From assembly GCA_964016885.1 (NCBI GenBank), contig OZ024742.1, forward strand, positions 60,264,001-60,328,000: 64,000 bases of DNA, written 5' to 3'. Origin of the DNA: Eledone cirrhosa. Its lineage: Eukaryota. A program made the translations under genes and the position numbers. The notes under the pieces are model-generated. The model saw nothing but the letters and a program-made list of their open reading frames with translations. It made no database searches and was not told the DNA's origin. This document shows, piece by piece, positions 11,979 through 24,806 of this stretch; positions within the stretch are counted from its first letter, which is position 1; the number at the start of each line of letters is the position of its first letter.

Positions 11979-13481
11979 ATATATATATATAATCAATTAA
12001 TGATTATTTGATCAATCAATCGACCGACTGTAGTGTAAACAGACAGAAACCCTTCACGAGGTGGGTACCTTAAGTTATTACCTATGTAGAGAGTGTCAGT
12101 ATTATAAAGGAGACGGTTTTATGTATAGATCCTCTGTTTATTATAAAATCCTAGGATTATATAATAAACAGAGAGTGAATATATATATGTATATATGTGT
12201 GTGTGTGGGGTTCTCTGTGTGCGTGTGTGTGTATGTGTGCACATGTGAGTGTGTTCACGTGTTTGTATGTTTAACTCGGTGTCTATTTCTATATTCCGTA
12301 ATATATTAGTTTGACGAAAATGAAAAAAAAATAACATTTATAAATAATTACGAGAATGGAAAACTAGTTTGGGGGATAGTGGTGCCCACGTATTGCGGTT
12401 CTCTAATGATTAGAATCAGGAAAACAAAAACAAGTATGAAAGAACATTTTATATATTTGACAAATTTGTTTGGTTGAACTAACACAAAAACCTTGTATGC
12501 ATGTATGTATCTATGCATATATGTATGCATCTATGTATGTGTGCATATGTATATATGTATATATGTAGGTATGTGTGTATGTATTTGTATATGTATTTGT
12601 ATATGTATGAATGTATTTTTTTATGTAAAAGTGTATCTTATTTCTATATCTTAAACTTTTTAAAAATAAACCAAGCGTGTTTATGTTTACCACTTACATT
12701 TAACTATTCATATAGTATTTGTATATACTTATATAGTATTTGTATATTATAGTACAGTATATATATATAAATTTGAGTGTGTGACTGTGTGTGTGTCTGT
12801 GTGTATAGGCATATATATATATATATATTGGTGTGAGAGTGTATGTGTGTGTAACGAGAGAAGACATATACATGCAAGCATATATGCATATGTTTGCATA
12901 TAGGTATACTTACATAAAAACATTCATACATAAAGTATATCAGAAACAGAACAGCAGTAGAAAAATAACAAAGAAATTCAATAAAAAATTGTGAAGAATT
13001 AAACCTACCAAGAAGCTACAGGATTGTCACTTATTCCGTGATGAAAATGGCAAGATGAACATCAACATATACACGTACATATATGCATATATACATATAT
13101 ATATATATATATATCTGTGCGTGTGTGTGTGTGTGCGTGCGCCCGTGTGTATGTGTATGCATGTGTGAGTGAACAACACACAATATATATGCAACACTGT
13201 ATGTTTATAGGCTTGATTACGGAGACTGGTCTAGCCAATAGACATCCGTCACGATGTTTTCACATATAATTTACATTTTACAATAAACCACTCGTTTTTG
13301 CTTTACACGCAGTCATATATGCAAATTTCATTTCACAGAAGCATCTCCCGCCAATAACGGCTGTCTCTGCACACACGTCACTACGGTGACTGCTTCAACA
13401 ATATTTTTTTATGTGTGTTTTTCATAGAGAAACCTTGTATTTTGTTAATGGCTTAGCTCCTACGAAACCCAGTTTATGGTG

Positions 13482-13570
<89 letters not shown>

Positions 13571-13753
13571 GCGTGCGCGTGTGTGTGATTTCATACGAAT
13601 TAGACAATTCTAGATCTGGGAAAATTGTATGTATATGTATTTATATATATATATATGTGTGTGTGTTATATGAATATGCGTATATATGTGTGAGCATACG
13701 CACATGTTTTTGAGCATATCTTTCTCTCTTTAGCTCACACACTCACACACACA

Positions 13754-13819
<66 letters not shown>

Positions 13820-14315
13820 GTGTATGTGTGTGTTTGTAGGGCAGTCGATATGGCAGTGTCGTTAGAGCAATGGATGCTTGTTCTGCATACATGCGACCGG
13901 AGTTCAAAACCTGTCGGAGACCACTTTATTTTTGCATCCTTTCAAAATTGATAAACAAGTACCGGCCTAGTGCTGGTGCAGCCCTCTTTTCCCCCAGTTG
14001 TCATATTCTGAATGTTTTGCTGAATCGAATATTGGAGAGACAAAACGATGTTTGTGTCTGCTGTTATATGCATTGGCGCCTAAATCTCTTAGCGGAGGCT
14101 TGGTACATACTAACAACTCATACACGACTGCGGTTGACGCCAACAGTAAATGTGGTTAAGTTGTCGATTGCATCACCCACAGTGTTATTTCATCGACCCC
14201 GAACGGAAGGCAAACATGACTTCGGCGTGATTAGAAATCAAAATATAGAATTGGAACAAATACTGCTAGACATTTGTCCTCCCTAAAATAACTCCATCAA
14301 TCCATCACCCTGAGT

Positions 14316-14520
14316 AATTGCTTCTACTTTTGGGACAAGGTCAGCAATTTTAAGGATAGGTGCAAAGTCGATTATTTCGATTCCAGTGCGATATTAGCGC
14401 TTTATCTTTTCGATCCTCTAAGGAGGAAAGGCAAAGCTAATGTCGATCAGATTTAAACTTAGAAAGTATATGGCCGTAATGTTGTACGAGCCTCTACCAA
14501 TGTTGCCTATCCATCGCCCT
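14316..14520 (-). mobile_element. Diverged Meta-type SINE
   Basis: Similarity to 4941-5127. Confidence 0.65.
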
Positions 14521-15143
14521 CATATAATCAACGTACAAAGCAACCAATCTTTAGTAAGGAAAGGAATTTCGTTTAAATCAGCTCCAGTACAGGATGGGTA
14601 CTTTATTTTATCTATCACCGGATGGATGAGTGACAACGTTCTCAACATTATTAATAGCAATTTCTTTCGCAGGCCAAATGGGCCCAAGAATTTGGAAGCA
14701 ATACAAGGACGAATGTATTGTTCATCTCGAGTAAAATTTACCAACATTAAGAAAGACAATAAAGTATCAATAAATTCCCAAGAAATATTCCCCAATAAGG
14801 AAAATGCCTTCCTAATGAAAATCAGGGCAAACGCTCAACACAAAAGAGTCCTGAACTATTCAATATGTCTAAAAGCATTGAAAGGTCCTTTGAGGTGGAG
14901 TCGCAACATATTCGCGGTCAGAGGATAGAACAATGTAAAATACTAAAAAAGGAATGCTGCTTAGCTTGTGGTCATTCTTTAAGACAAGGCGGTAAGGTGA
15001 GATTTGAATGTGATTTGACTGCTATATCTAGCTGCAAAGCCACTGGCTCGTAAATGTTTGACTACTATTTCTAGTTGCAACATCACTGGCTCGTACATGT
15101 CCTGACATGAAGTAAATAACTGTATCACAAAGAGAGAGAGGGT

Positions 15144-15235
<92 letters not shown>

Positions 15236-15869
15236 CATATTTTATTTCGCTTATATCCATGTAACCTCTTCAATCCTATCATGAACCTTAGGGATTGTTT
15301 CCTATACCGACCTTAACCCGCTATTAGAAGCTGTCATGTTTGACGAACATCACAAAAAAAGAACCCCACTTCGATTTTAACAACAACAATAAACAACCTT
15401 TTATAATCGTGAAGAAACTGATGTCGCTAGCGTATTTGAAAACGATATTAGCGTAAGATTGGTTTGTTCTTTTTTATTATTATTTTTTTCGTTTTGGTTT
15501 CTTATATATTTTTTCTATTGTTTCATAATTGTCATTTTAAGATGGAAATGTATATTCAGATTCTGTCAGAGGATATCTTATCCACAATCAAGGCCTGGCA
15601 ATTTCCAGGAATACCATTTCTGGAGGAGGCCATATAAATGTGACCACGAGAGGTTCACATACAGCTGTGACCACAGGAGAAAGGCGTTTCACTTTTGAAT
15701 TTCTAGCCTAGACAGAAGACCAGATGTAGGGTAGGTTGAGGTAATGTATTAAATTGACATCAGTAAATAAATATATATATATGTATATATATATATATGT
15801 GTGAGTGTGTGTATGTGTGTATTTGTATCTATATTTATGTTCCAGCCGAATATATATCTATATACAAGC

Positions 15870-16157
15870 TGAAGCTGAAGCATATAGACAAGATTCCCCC
15901 ACCCACTTCCCACTGCAAATTGGTCGTGGAGGTGTAACGACTGAAAAGCACCTAGTCCACACTGTAAAGTGTCGTGTAGGCGCCACGGTAAAAAAACACC
16001 CAGTGGTCACTCTAAATGAGGTTGGTTTTGGGAAGGCATCTATCTGTCGGAATCCAGTCCAAATTAGTTCCAGTATGAGCAAGACATGGTCACCCTACCT
16101 GGAATTGCCCTCTACAGGACAACCTGTCTAACGCATGCGAGCGTTGAAGAATGGACA
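15870..16157 (+). mobile_element. RTE-tail-type SINE or non-autonomous element; its tail is repeated at 17279-17346
   Basis: GTTGGTTTTGGGAAGGCATC...CTAACCCATGCTAGCGTTGAAGAATGGACATAAAATGGTGATGAT resembles an RTE 3' end. Confidence 0.55.
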
Positions 16158-17280
16158 CTCTTCCATACAGACGGTTCATTAACCGAGAATCCCCAAGAGA
16201 TAAGTGGAATGCTGAACGAACAGTACAAAAGTGCGTTCACATGTCCACTGAGGCACATGCAAATAACAAAACCAGAAGAGCTATTTGATGCCACACCACT
16301 CCATGAAGAAATGACGACCATCAACCACATAGACATAACGGAGGATGATGTGGTATACGCCATAGATGAAATTAGAACAGACTCAGCTGCTCGACCTGAT
16401 GGATTCCAGCAGTCCTCTTAAAAACATGTAAGCGGGCTTTAGCAACTCCATTGAAGACGCTCTTCAGAAGCTCCTTGGCTAGCGGTATACTACCCAGGGA
16501 GCTGAAAGAAGGCACAATATGCCCTATCTATAAAGGAGGTAGCACAGCAGAAGCCAAAACTATAGGCCAGTCTCCCTCACGTCACATATCAGTAAGGTCA
16601 TGGAGCGAATCATCAGTCAGAAAGAAGCTGGTCACTTTCCTGGAACAAAATGACCGCCTGACTAGCACGCAGCATGGCTTTCGCCCAGGAAGAAGCTGCC
16701 TTACACAGCTGCTATATCACTACGACTGGGTACTGAAACAACTGCTAGACAGCTCACATGTGGTCGTGATATATCTTGACTTTGCGAAGACCTTTGACAA
16801 GGTCGACCACGGAATGATATGTCACAAACTACACGGACTCGGCATTACTGGAGAAGTATGTGAGTGGATGCATGACTTATTAAAGGACAGAAGCCAGACA
16901 GTCACAGCAAACGGGGCCCTCTCAAAGGAAACAACAATAATAAGTGGGGTGCCCCAAGGTACAGTCCTGGGACCACTACTGTTTTTGGTAGCACTCTCAG
17001 ACATGCCCTCTGTCGTACATACAACATCCCTCACTAGCTATGGTGATCACACTAAGGTAGCACAAACAATCAAAAACCAGGCTGACACTGCCCTTTTAGT
17101 AACAAGATCTGGATGCGATATACAAATAGGCGGAAGACAACAACATGCAGTTTAATGCTTGTACATTCCAAGCCCTACAATACAAACCTGCAAACACAAA
17201 TACAGTACGACACATTACGCCGGACCAGGACGGACCGATATCCCCGTGTCGAAATCGATACGAGACCTGCGTATAGGCAT
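16156..17280 (+). mobile_element. Internal fragment of LINE family A (no 5' end, no 3' tail)
   Basis: RT motifs YLDFAKTFDKVDH and [11 protein letters not shown]; highly similar to 6516-7393. Confidence 0.92.
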
Positions 17281-17343
17281 TGCCCTTTACAGGACAACCC
17301 GTCTAACCCATGCTAGCGTTGAAGAATGGACATAAAATGGTGA

Positions 17344-17416
<73 letters not shown>

Positions 17417-17599
17417 TGTGTTTGTCTAAATGTATATCTCGTGACCCAGCAATTCGACAAAAAAGAGTTTGTTGAAATAAGCACCAGGTGTGAAAAGCAC
17501 GTATAGAGATCGTTAAGATACACTAAAAATAAATTTCACAGCTTGGCCGCAGTTTAGTGTCTAAATCCAGTAAAATGATCAGATATTATTTTTCTCTCG

Positions 17600-18030
17600 C
17601 ACAACGCTTTGAAAATTTTGTGAAAATCATTCACAATGTCTTTCCTTTTACCTACCATTGTTCGGCATCTTTGGGAATTCTTTTATTTTTATATTTATTG
17701 CCATAGCATTGTATTGAAAAGTTTTAAAACGGAAATGTGTTTGAGGATTGTAAATAAATGTTTACAAACAGAGTAATAGTAGACTTAATATGTCACACAA
17801 ATTTAACACCACCATATGAAATAAGAATCAATTTCTGGATTAAAATATGTTGAAAACATTCGTACCACGTCTGATCTGCAAATCAACTCTTCGTCCCTTT
17901 CTGTTTCAAGCCACCAACACCTGAAATGGATGCTGCTTTTATTTTTCCAACTACGTTGAATTTAAAAACAGAACCAAAGAAATATCCATCTCTGTCTGAT
18001 GACGGTTCCTCTCTGAAATGTTAGACATTT
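17600..18030 (+). mobile_element. Highly decayed PLE GIY-YIG 3' end with HHR-like motif (17993-18027)
   Basis: FWIK..LKTFVP-like remnant followed by CTGATGA-cggttcctctct-GAAA-TGTTA. Confidence 0.4.
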
Positions 18031-18537
18031 TATTTCCCTGGGAGCTAAAGATTTCATTCATAAATTCTAGTTTGCAAACATTTTCGATGACGTTTAGTAT
18101 ATTTAATTATACTGCCTCTAGTACAATTCTAGTACTCAATTTACCGATTTCGACCAAGTAGGCAGTGATTTTTTCAATGTCTTGGAATTTAGTCCACGCT
18201 TGCCTTTTTCCATCCACTGAATTATTTTTGTATAAGTTACCCCTGTCCACGCATCGCCTGGTAACTTAGCTGAGAACAGACTTCCTCATGACGAAACGGA
18301 TTCTCCATGCTTTCCATTTGGAAACCATGTTTATTCCCTTTCAGAAACTAATTAGTTGGAGTGAAATTTAAGTAAGTAAGTTAATTTTTAAAATTTTCTT
18401 ATTTTACGTCTTTCATATAATTGTTCTGCATCCCCTTGCATTGAAGCACAAAGTTACTAAGACAAAACCTATATATTTGTTAGCATAGGTATGCATCTGT
18501 ATATATATGTTGGTAGATATACTAATTCTTTATATAA

Positions 18538-18641
<104 letters not shown>

Positions 18642-19489
18642 AATAAAGTGACATTCGAAAACAAGGAAGAGCTACATTGCATTAAATATCTACAGCATTA
18701 CCAAGTTATAGTTATAATGTATATATTCTCTTTCAATGTGTAACTCAACCTATGTAATATATAAACTCTGTATCAGTTTACTATGTCTCGAAATCTCATA
18801 ATTCTCTCTTTAATCGAATGCTCTCCTTTTCACCGGATAAGTACTCTCATCATATAATTTCGGAGTATATATTTACATGATAATTCACTCATTACTGCAA
18901 ATGTTGCTTCAACACTACTTTTTCAGCTAGACGCTAACATATAGGTGTTCTAAGCAATTGCATTTTTATGTTTCTACTATTTCATTATTTGATCCTTTTT
19001 TGTGTGTTATTTGGTGGTGATGGTGATGGTGATGGTGGTAGTGACATTTCAATTTGATCGCATATTGCTTTTTGAACATTGGTATTGTTTCCCTACAACT
19101 TTAGTTCCCGTGCTGTCGCTGCATAAAAGCATTGACAAGTCTTTAAAGAAATTTAAGCGTTGACGAAGCCGTCAAACTACCACAGTTACAGCAGAAACTT
19201 TAAAATGTTTTCGCACTCTGAAGCTGATAATGTAACATGGTATTTCAATTTGAACACCGACTTATTTTCGAGTACCTCTCCGTTTCGGTACTATCTATGC
19301 ATTATTGCATGTATTGTTGCTTTAACTTTCATTTGCTCTTTTTTCTTCTTTTATTGAGCGCTCTCATTAATCGCTTTCCATCATGAGGTAATTTATCTAT
19401 AATTGTAAAGTATTTATTCATATAGTAACTTCACACAGACACTGGCAAACACACATAAACACACATATGCTATATATATATATATATTG

Positions 19490-19706
19490 AAAATAAAGGC
19501 GAAGTTAAGTGCTTATTTATTTATTGTTTACGATCGTTTCAGAAGGTTGGTTGATCACGAAAATTCGATACCGTTACTAATCAATAATGGTTATGTATCT
19601 CCACATTATCGAGACTATTGATATGAAAATACATAATTAATATCAATTAGTCACAGTATCGATGATGATCAATCAACCTCTGAAACGATCGTAAAACAAT
19701 GAACTA
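19490..19706. mobile_element. Fold-back element with HHR-like motif
   Basis: Inverted arms ~19523-19585 and ~19640-19700; CGATGA...GAAA-CGATCG-TA. Confidence 0.6.
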
Positions 19707-20009
19707 ACTACGTACGTCTGACTTCTGTCTTCTTTTCATTGTTCTGTGCACAAACACACACACACATACATACATATATAGATACATACATACATACATA
19801 CATGCATACATACATACATACATACATACATACATACATACATACATACATACATACATACATACATACATACATACATACATGGTGGCTGCCAACTCAT
19901 TTTCGAGTACGGCCACTACTTTATATCCATGTAGAGAACCCCTACCGATGCGCTGAACGAGTGTGACATTTTAGTCCAGCCAGCGACTTGAAAACTCTGG
20001 TACAAACAC

Positions 20010-20290
20010 TACACTTGTGACAATTATTGACACATAGTGCTGGGCCCATGGTACCATGTGACGACAAGTGCAGAAAGATCTCCAGATATAAAGCAATGCC
20101 TGTGCCGTGAAGCTTTTATAGTGAGAAAAGCACTGCACAAAGCCAGTCCCACTCTCTTAACCAAGATGATATTTACCAAAATGAAGAACAAGTCAAGATC
20201 ATTGGATACCATCAGGGTTGCAGGTGTTATATCAGAGTTTTCCTTCTCCTAGAATTCTGCCTTGACAAAGGCTAAGGGGTCATCTCTCCC
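20010..20290 (-). mobile_element. RTE-type LINE 5' UTR remnant
   Basis: Minus strand CTAGGAGAAGGAAAACTCTGA, a motif recalled from RTE 5' ends. Confidence 0.45.
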
Positions 20291-20292
20291 GG

Positions 20293-20323
<31 letters not shown>

Positions 20324-20443
20324 TATATATAGTATTTACAAACTGGGATGTTATATCCAAAGTTGGTGGAGCATTCAGTCTAAAGGACGAGTTCGCTATA
20401 GAGTTAGATCATAAATACTTCCGTTCTCACTATAACCATAAAG

Positions 20444-20482
20444 GAGTTTGAGAATCCATCGGATGAAACACGTGTTCTCAAC
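20444..20482 (+). ncRNA. Degenerate minimal HHR-like motif
   Basis: GAG-tttgagaa-TCC-atc-GGA-t-GAAA-CACGTG-TT-CTC; palindromic stem III; core decayed. Confidence 0.4.
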
Positions 20483-20546
20483 TACGGTTTGGTAATTTGC
20501 TGCGTAAGTCTCTCTCTCTCTCTATGTATATATATATATCAATCTC

Positions 20547-20708
<162 letters not shown>

Positions 20709-21183
20709 AAGAGTGAGAGAGAAAGAGTGAGAGGGAGATAGCTATACTGATAATAATTTAATTGAACATAAGTGTAGTGAAAGAGATATGAAATAAGTAT
20801 GAAATATGACTTATGGAGTTATAGGAACAAAAAGTACTAGCCAGCAATTCATGTAAAGACACCCACCTGCTCTTTGAATCTTTCCTCTATTCTTACATCG
20901 ACATATTCTCACTTATTCATTCTTTCAGATATTGTCAATCATTCTTTCACACCTTCTCATTTAAGATCCTGAGAAAACTTGCTAAGCACTAATCAACGTG
21001 CCTTCATTGTCCATTTGGCTATTCCGTTACTAAACCTTTAATATTCAATTGGGAAATTTCTCTTCTCTGTAAAGTATATTTCTTTACCATTTGGTTGGAC
21101 ATAAGAAACAGGTTTCATTTCTTTTCGTCATTTACAGCAAATCAGAATTTCTTTTCTCATCTTTCTTTTCTGCACACATTCAT

Positions 21184-21264
<81 letters not shown>

Positions 21265-21356
21265 TTCTCTCTCTCTCTCTCTCTCACACACATATATATA
21301 TACATACATACATACATGTGCTGCTGCTACTACTACTACTACTACTACTACTACAA

Positions 21357-21955
21357 ATGATAATAATAATAATAACAATAATAATTTCTTTATTAGCCAC
21401 AAGGCTCACATTAAGGAAACATTAAAGACGGTACAGGACGATACACTATGGTGCTTTTTGTGTAAAATTAATTTATAACAGAAACTAAGAAAATAAACAT
21501 TTAGAAAGCAAACAACAAATTCCCCAAAGGTGAGGAGACTACAAGTTTCACTCGTGGCGAAATCCCATAAAAGCCACGATCACCGTTAGGGCAATATGCC
21601 CTCTCCTAGTTGTTCTCCTCCAATCTACAGGTGTATGCTCAAGGCAGGCCCATACACACGGGCCATGCTCACGACTCTCACCCACCTTTCAACCAGCTGC
21701 TTAGAGGGTTGCACTTCCCTCCCCCCTCTGATCTTTCTCTTGGAATGAATCCTGAAAAAGTTAATCAGGGCTTCACCGAAGAGGTAGGTGGTTATCTTCA
21801 AACCTTCCAAACCCGTCCACCACACACACTTCTTTCCTATGACCACCAGGCAGATAAACACTTCCTCTCCTTCTCCTAAAAAAGAAGACGGCGGGGCGAC
21901 GTTCACAATGGACTCAGTGTCGGATCCGTCCTACTTATGATAGCAGGTGCTCGAC
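21357..21955 (-). mobile_element. Tx1/L1-like LINE 3' end with (TTA)n tail
   Basis: Minus ORF FICLVVIGKKCVWWT...LINFFRIHSKRK...VERW; AATAAA followed by a trinucleotide tail. Confidence 0.55.
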
Positions 21956-22249
21956 AATAATAATAATACAAAGCGGACTTCCGAGAGATTGTGCTAGGCT
22001 TCTTGCGTATCCCAGACAGAAGTGGAAGCACTGTTTAGTGTTCATAGGAACTTCGTTTATTGCTTTTTTTTTTGTTTTCTCCTTTTCGTTAAGGAGGATG
22101 CACCATATAGTCACTCTTCGTCACACTGGACCTCGGATCGACGTAACATCCAAATCGTTTTCTCTTTCTTTAATCCTTGGTTGCATGGATCAACTTACTA
22201 TGTACATAAGATGTCATGGTGCATGATATAACTGTCAATTTACATGAAA

Positions 22250-22370
22250 TGAAGGCCTATGGCCGAGTTTGTTGGTTTTTGGACACCGGCTCATAACATT
22301 GCAGGTTTGATTCCTAGATGGGGCGTCGAGTTGTGTTCCTATGTAAAATACTTTATTTCACTTTGCTACT
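22250..22370 (+). mobile_element. Diverged tRNA/CORE SINE head
   Basis: GAAGGCCTATGGCCGAG..GGTTTGATTCC..ACTTTATTTCAC. Confidence 0.55.
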
Positions 22371-24210
22371 TCAATGAAAATGTGGCTTCCATGGTCCGAT
22401 CTGATAATCAGCTAATTTTCTTTCCTTTTTTAAATATCATTATTATTGTTATTAAAATTATTTGTGCTGGAGTGTCAGTGGTGTTGTGTAGTGAGAGGAA
22501 ATGGAGGTACTAACTTTTCATTGGTTAGTATCCCTTCTCTACAGATAAACATCTCTCTCATTCGATTATAATTATCGTCATATAACAGTCTAGAAGGGAA
22601 GTAGTTAAAGCGGAGTTCTGTGGGAAAATTAATTTGCATAAAAAGGTGTCCTTGACAGTAAAATCGTTGGGAACTACTGTATTAAAGCATTGTCATGGAA
22701 CAAATAATTTACTTGTATCTGAACCGATCTGTCATGAGTTCAAGCTCTGCAATGAGAGTGTCCTTCACTCAAATGTCTCTATATCACGTCATTCATATTT
22801 AGTCAATGAAAACTCAGTTGATCAGAACACACATCCCCCAACACCTCAAAGCTGCCGGTCACCTGTCATTTTACAGATGTTGGATGTCAATATCACACCC
22901 ACAACTACTCCAACTAAAACTGCTACCACTAAACACTACACAGTATTATGAGCCCCAACAGCAAAGGCATTACTATCATCACCAACATCCTTACAAATAA
23001 CATTCAAGCCAATACCAGCAACATCAGCACAACTAACACCAACCATATTACCAGCAGCCTTACAACCAACATCCGCACCATTACCTACAAACACCGCTAA
23101 GACATCAATATTACTTCTAAAATGTCCTACTACCGATATTACTACCTCCATAATTAACACCATTAATAGCACCACTAGCAATAAAGATTAGCAAACCATT
23201 AGGTGCACCATTAACAATAACATTAGCAACTCACTACGTGCACCACTAACTACACCAGTAGCAACACTATTAGTAACAACACCACTAGTAACATCACTAA
23301 CAACACCACTAACAGCATCATTAGAAATACCATTAATAACAACATTAATAACACCAATAGTAACACCACTAGTAACAATAGCAACATCGCTAGCAAGGTC
23401 GCTAGCAACAAGACTAGACACATCATTGGCAACATCATTAGCGACACAAATACTACCATTTGCAACATCACTAGCAGCATCACTAGCAACACCCTTAGCA
23501 AACCTTTAGCAACAGCACTAAAAACATTAACAATACAAATACTACCATAACAACGTCATTAGCTATACGACTAACAACACAATTAGTAACAGCACTAACT
23601 ACACCATTAACATAAGCACTAACAACACCATTAGTAACACAATGAGTAACACCACTAACAACTCCACTATCAACATCATTGACACCAATACCACCATTAG
23701 AAACACCACTAACAATCCTACTAACACCACCATTGACACCAATACCACCATTAAAAAACACCACTAACATCACCACTAACAACACCACTAACATCACCTA
23801 CACCAAAAAGAGGCCAGATTGCCAGAACCATTAAATTATATGACAAAAAGTTTCACATTATTCCTTCTCTCTCTACTGGGTTTTAATTCCCACTGAAGTC
23901 AACCTTCGCTTTTCATGCCTTCTGGAGTGATAAAATAAAATGCCAGTCCAGGGTGGTGGTTTTGTGGAATTGTAGAGAATATGACACGAGATTATCTGCC
24001 GTGTTTGTTTCGTGTATTTTAGTCTTGATTTCAAATCCCACCAAAGCCATTTCTGGCTTTTTATATTTTCGCGGGGCGGTGGTTAAAACAGCAACATTCC
24101 CTGGCAGTGAATGGTGGAACCCAAACTACTACCCTCACCAATTACCAATACTAATTCTACCACAAATAGCAAAACCAATACCAATACTACTACCACCATT
24201 AACAAAAATA

Positions 24211-24439
24211 ATGATTTCTACTATAGGCACAAGGCCAGTAATTTTTTTTTTTGGGGGGGGGGGGGGGGGGTCGATTAAATCGACCCCAGTACGTTACTGG
24301 TGCTTTATTTTATCGACCCCATAAGTATAAAAGGCGAAGTTAACTTCAGCGTAATTTGAACTCAGACCATAAAGGACCGTAACTCTATGCTGCAAAGCAT
24401 GGCATCCGACCCTCTACCGATACTGCCAATCCACCGCCC
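24211..24439 (-). mobile_element. Meta-type SINE
   Basis: Homologous to 4941-5127. Confidence 0.85.
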
Positions 24440-24489
24440 TACCATAAACAACTATCACGACTACAAACAATATTTCTACCAATTCTGTC

Positions 24490-24806
24490 ATCCTGTCGGT
24501 TACGAAGACGCGTGTTCCAGATGACACGATCAACATAACAGCCTGATCGTGAAATTAACGTCAAAGTAAATAAACATTCCACAAATATGTGTACTCTTTA
24601 TGAAGTCTCACGGAAATTCAGCGGAACACAAAATATGATGAGGCTGGCCCTTCTAATTACAGGTACATCTCTTTTTTGCCAGCTGAGTGGACAGGAGCAA
24701 AACAAAGAAAAGTGTCTTCATGAAGGATACAATTCACTGCAGCGAATCGAAATCCCGATCATGCGGGCATGAGATGAACGACCTAACCACTAGGCCACGC
24801 GCCTTC
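24490..24806 (-). mobile_element. tRNA/CORE SINE
   Basis: Minus strand GAAGGCGCGTGGCCTAGTGGTTAG...TTCGATTC...AAGACACTTT; related fragment at ~10780-11000. Confidence 0.75.

Noticed and set aside
13225-13395. Promoter-like cluster (two GCCAAT, ATGCAAAT octamer, CACGTCAC)
   Set aside because: Short motifs with no downstream gene or TSS evidence; could occur by chance
14440-14928. 162-aa ORF
   Set aside because: It runs through SINE remnants and a probable old LINE 3' end; no protein motifs
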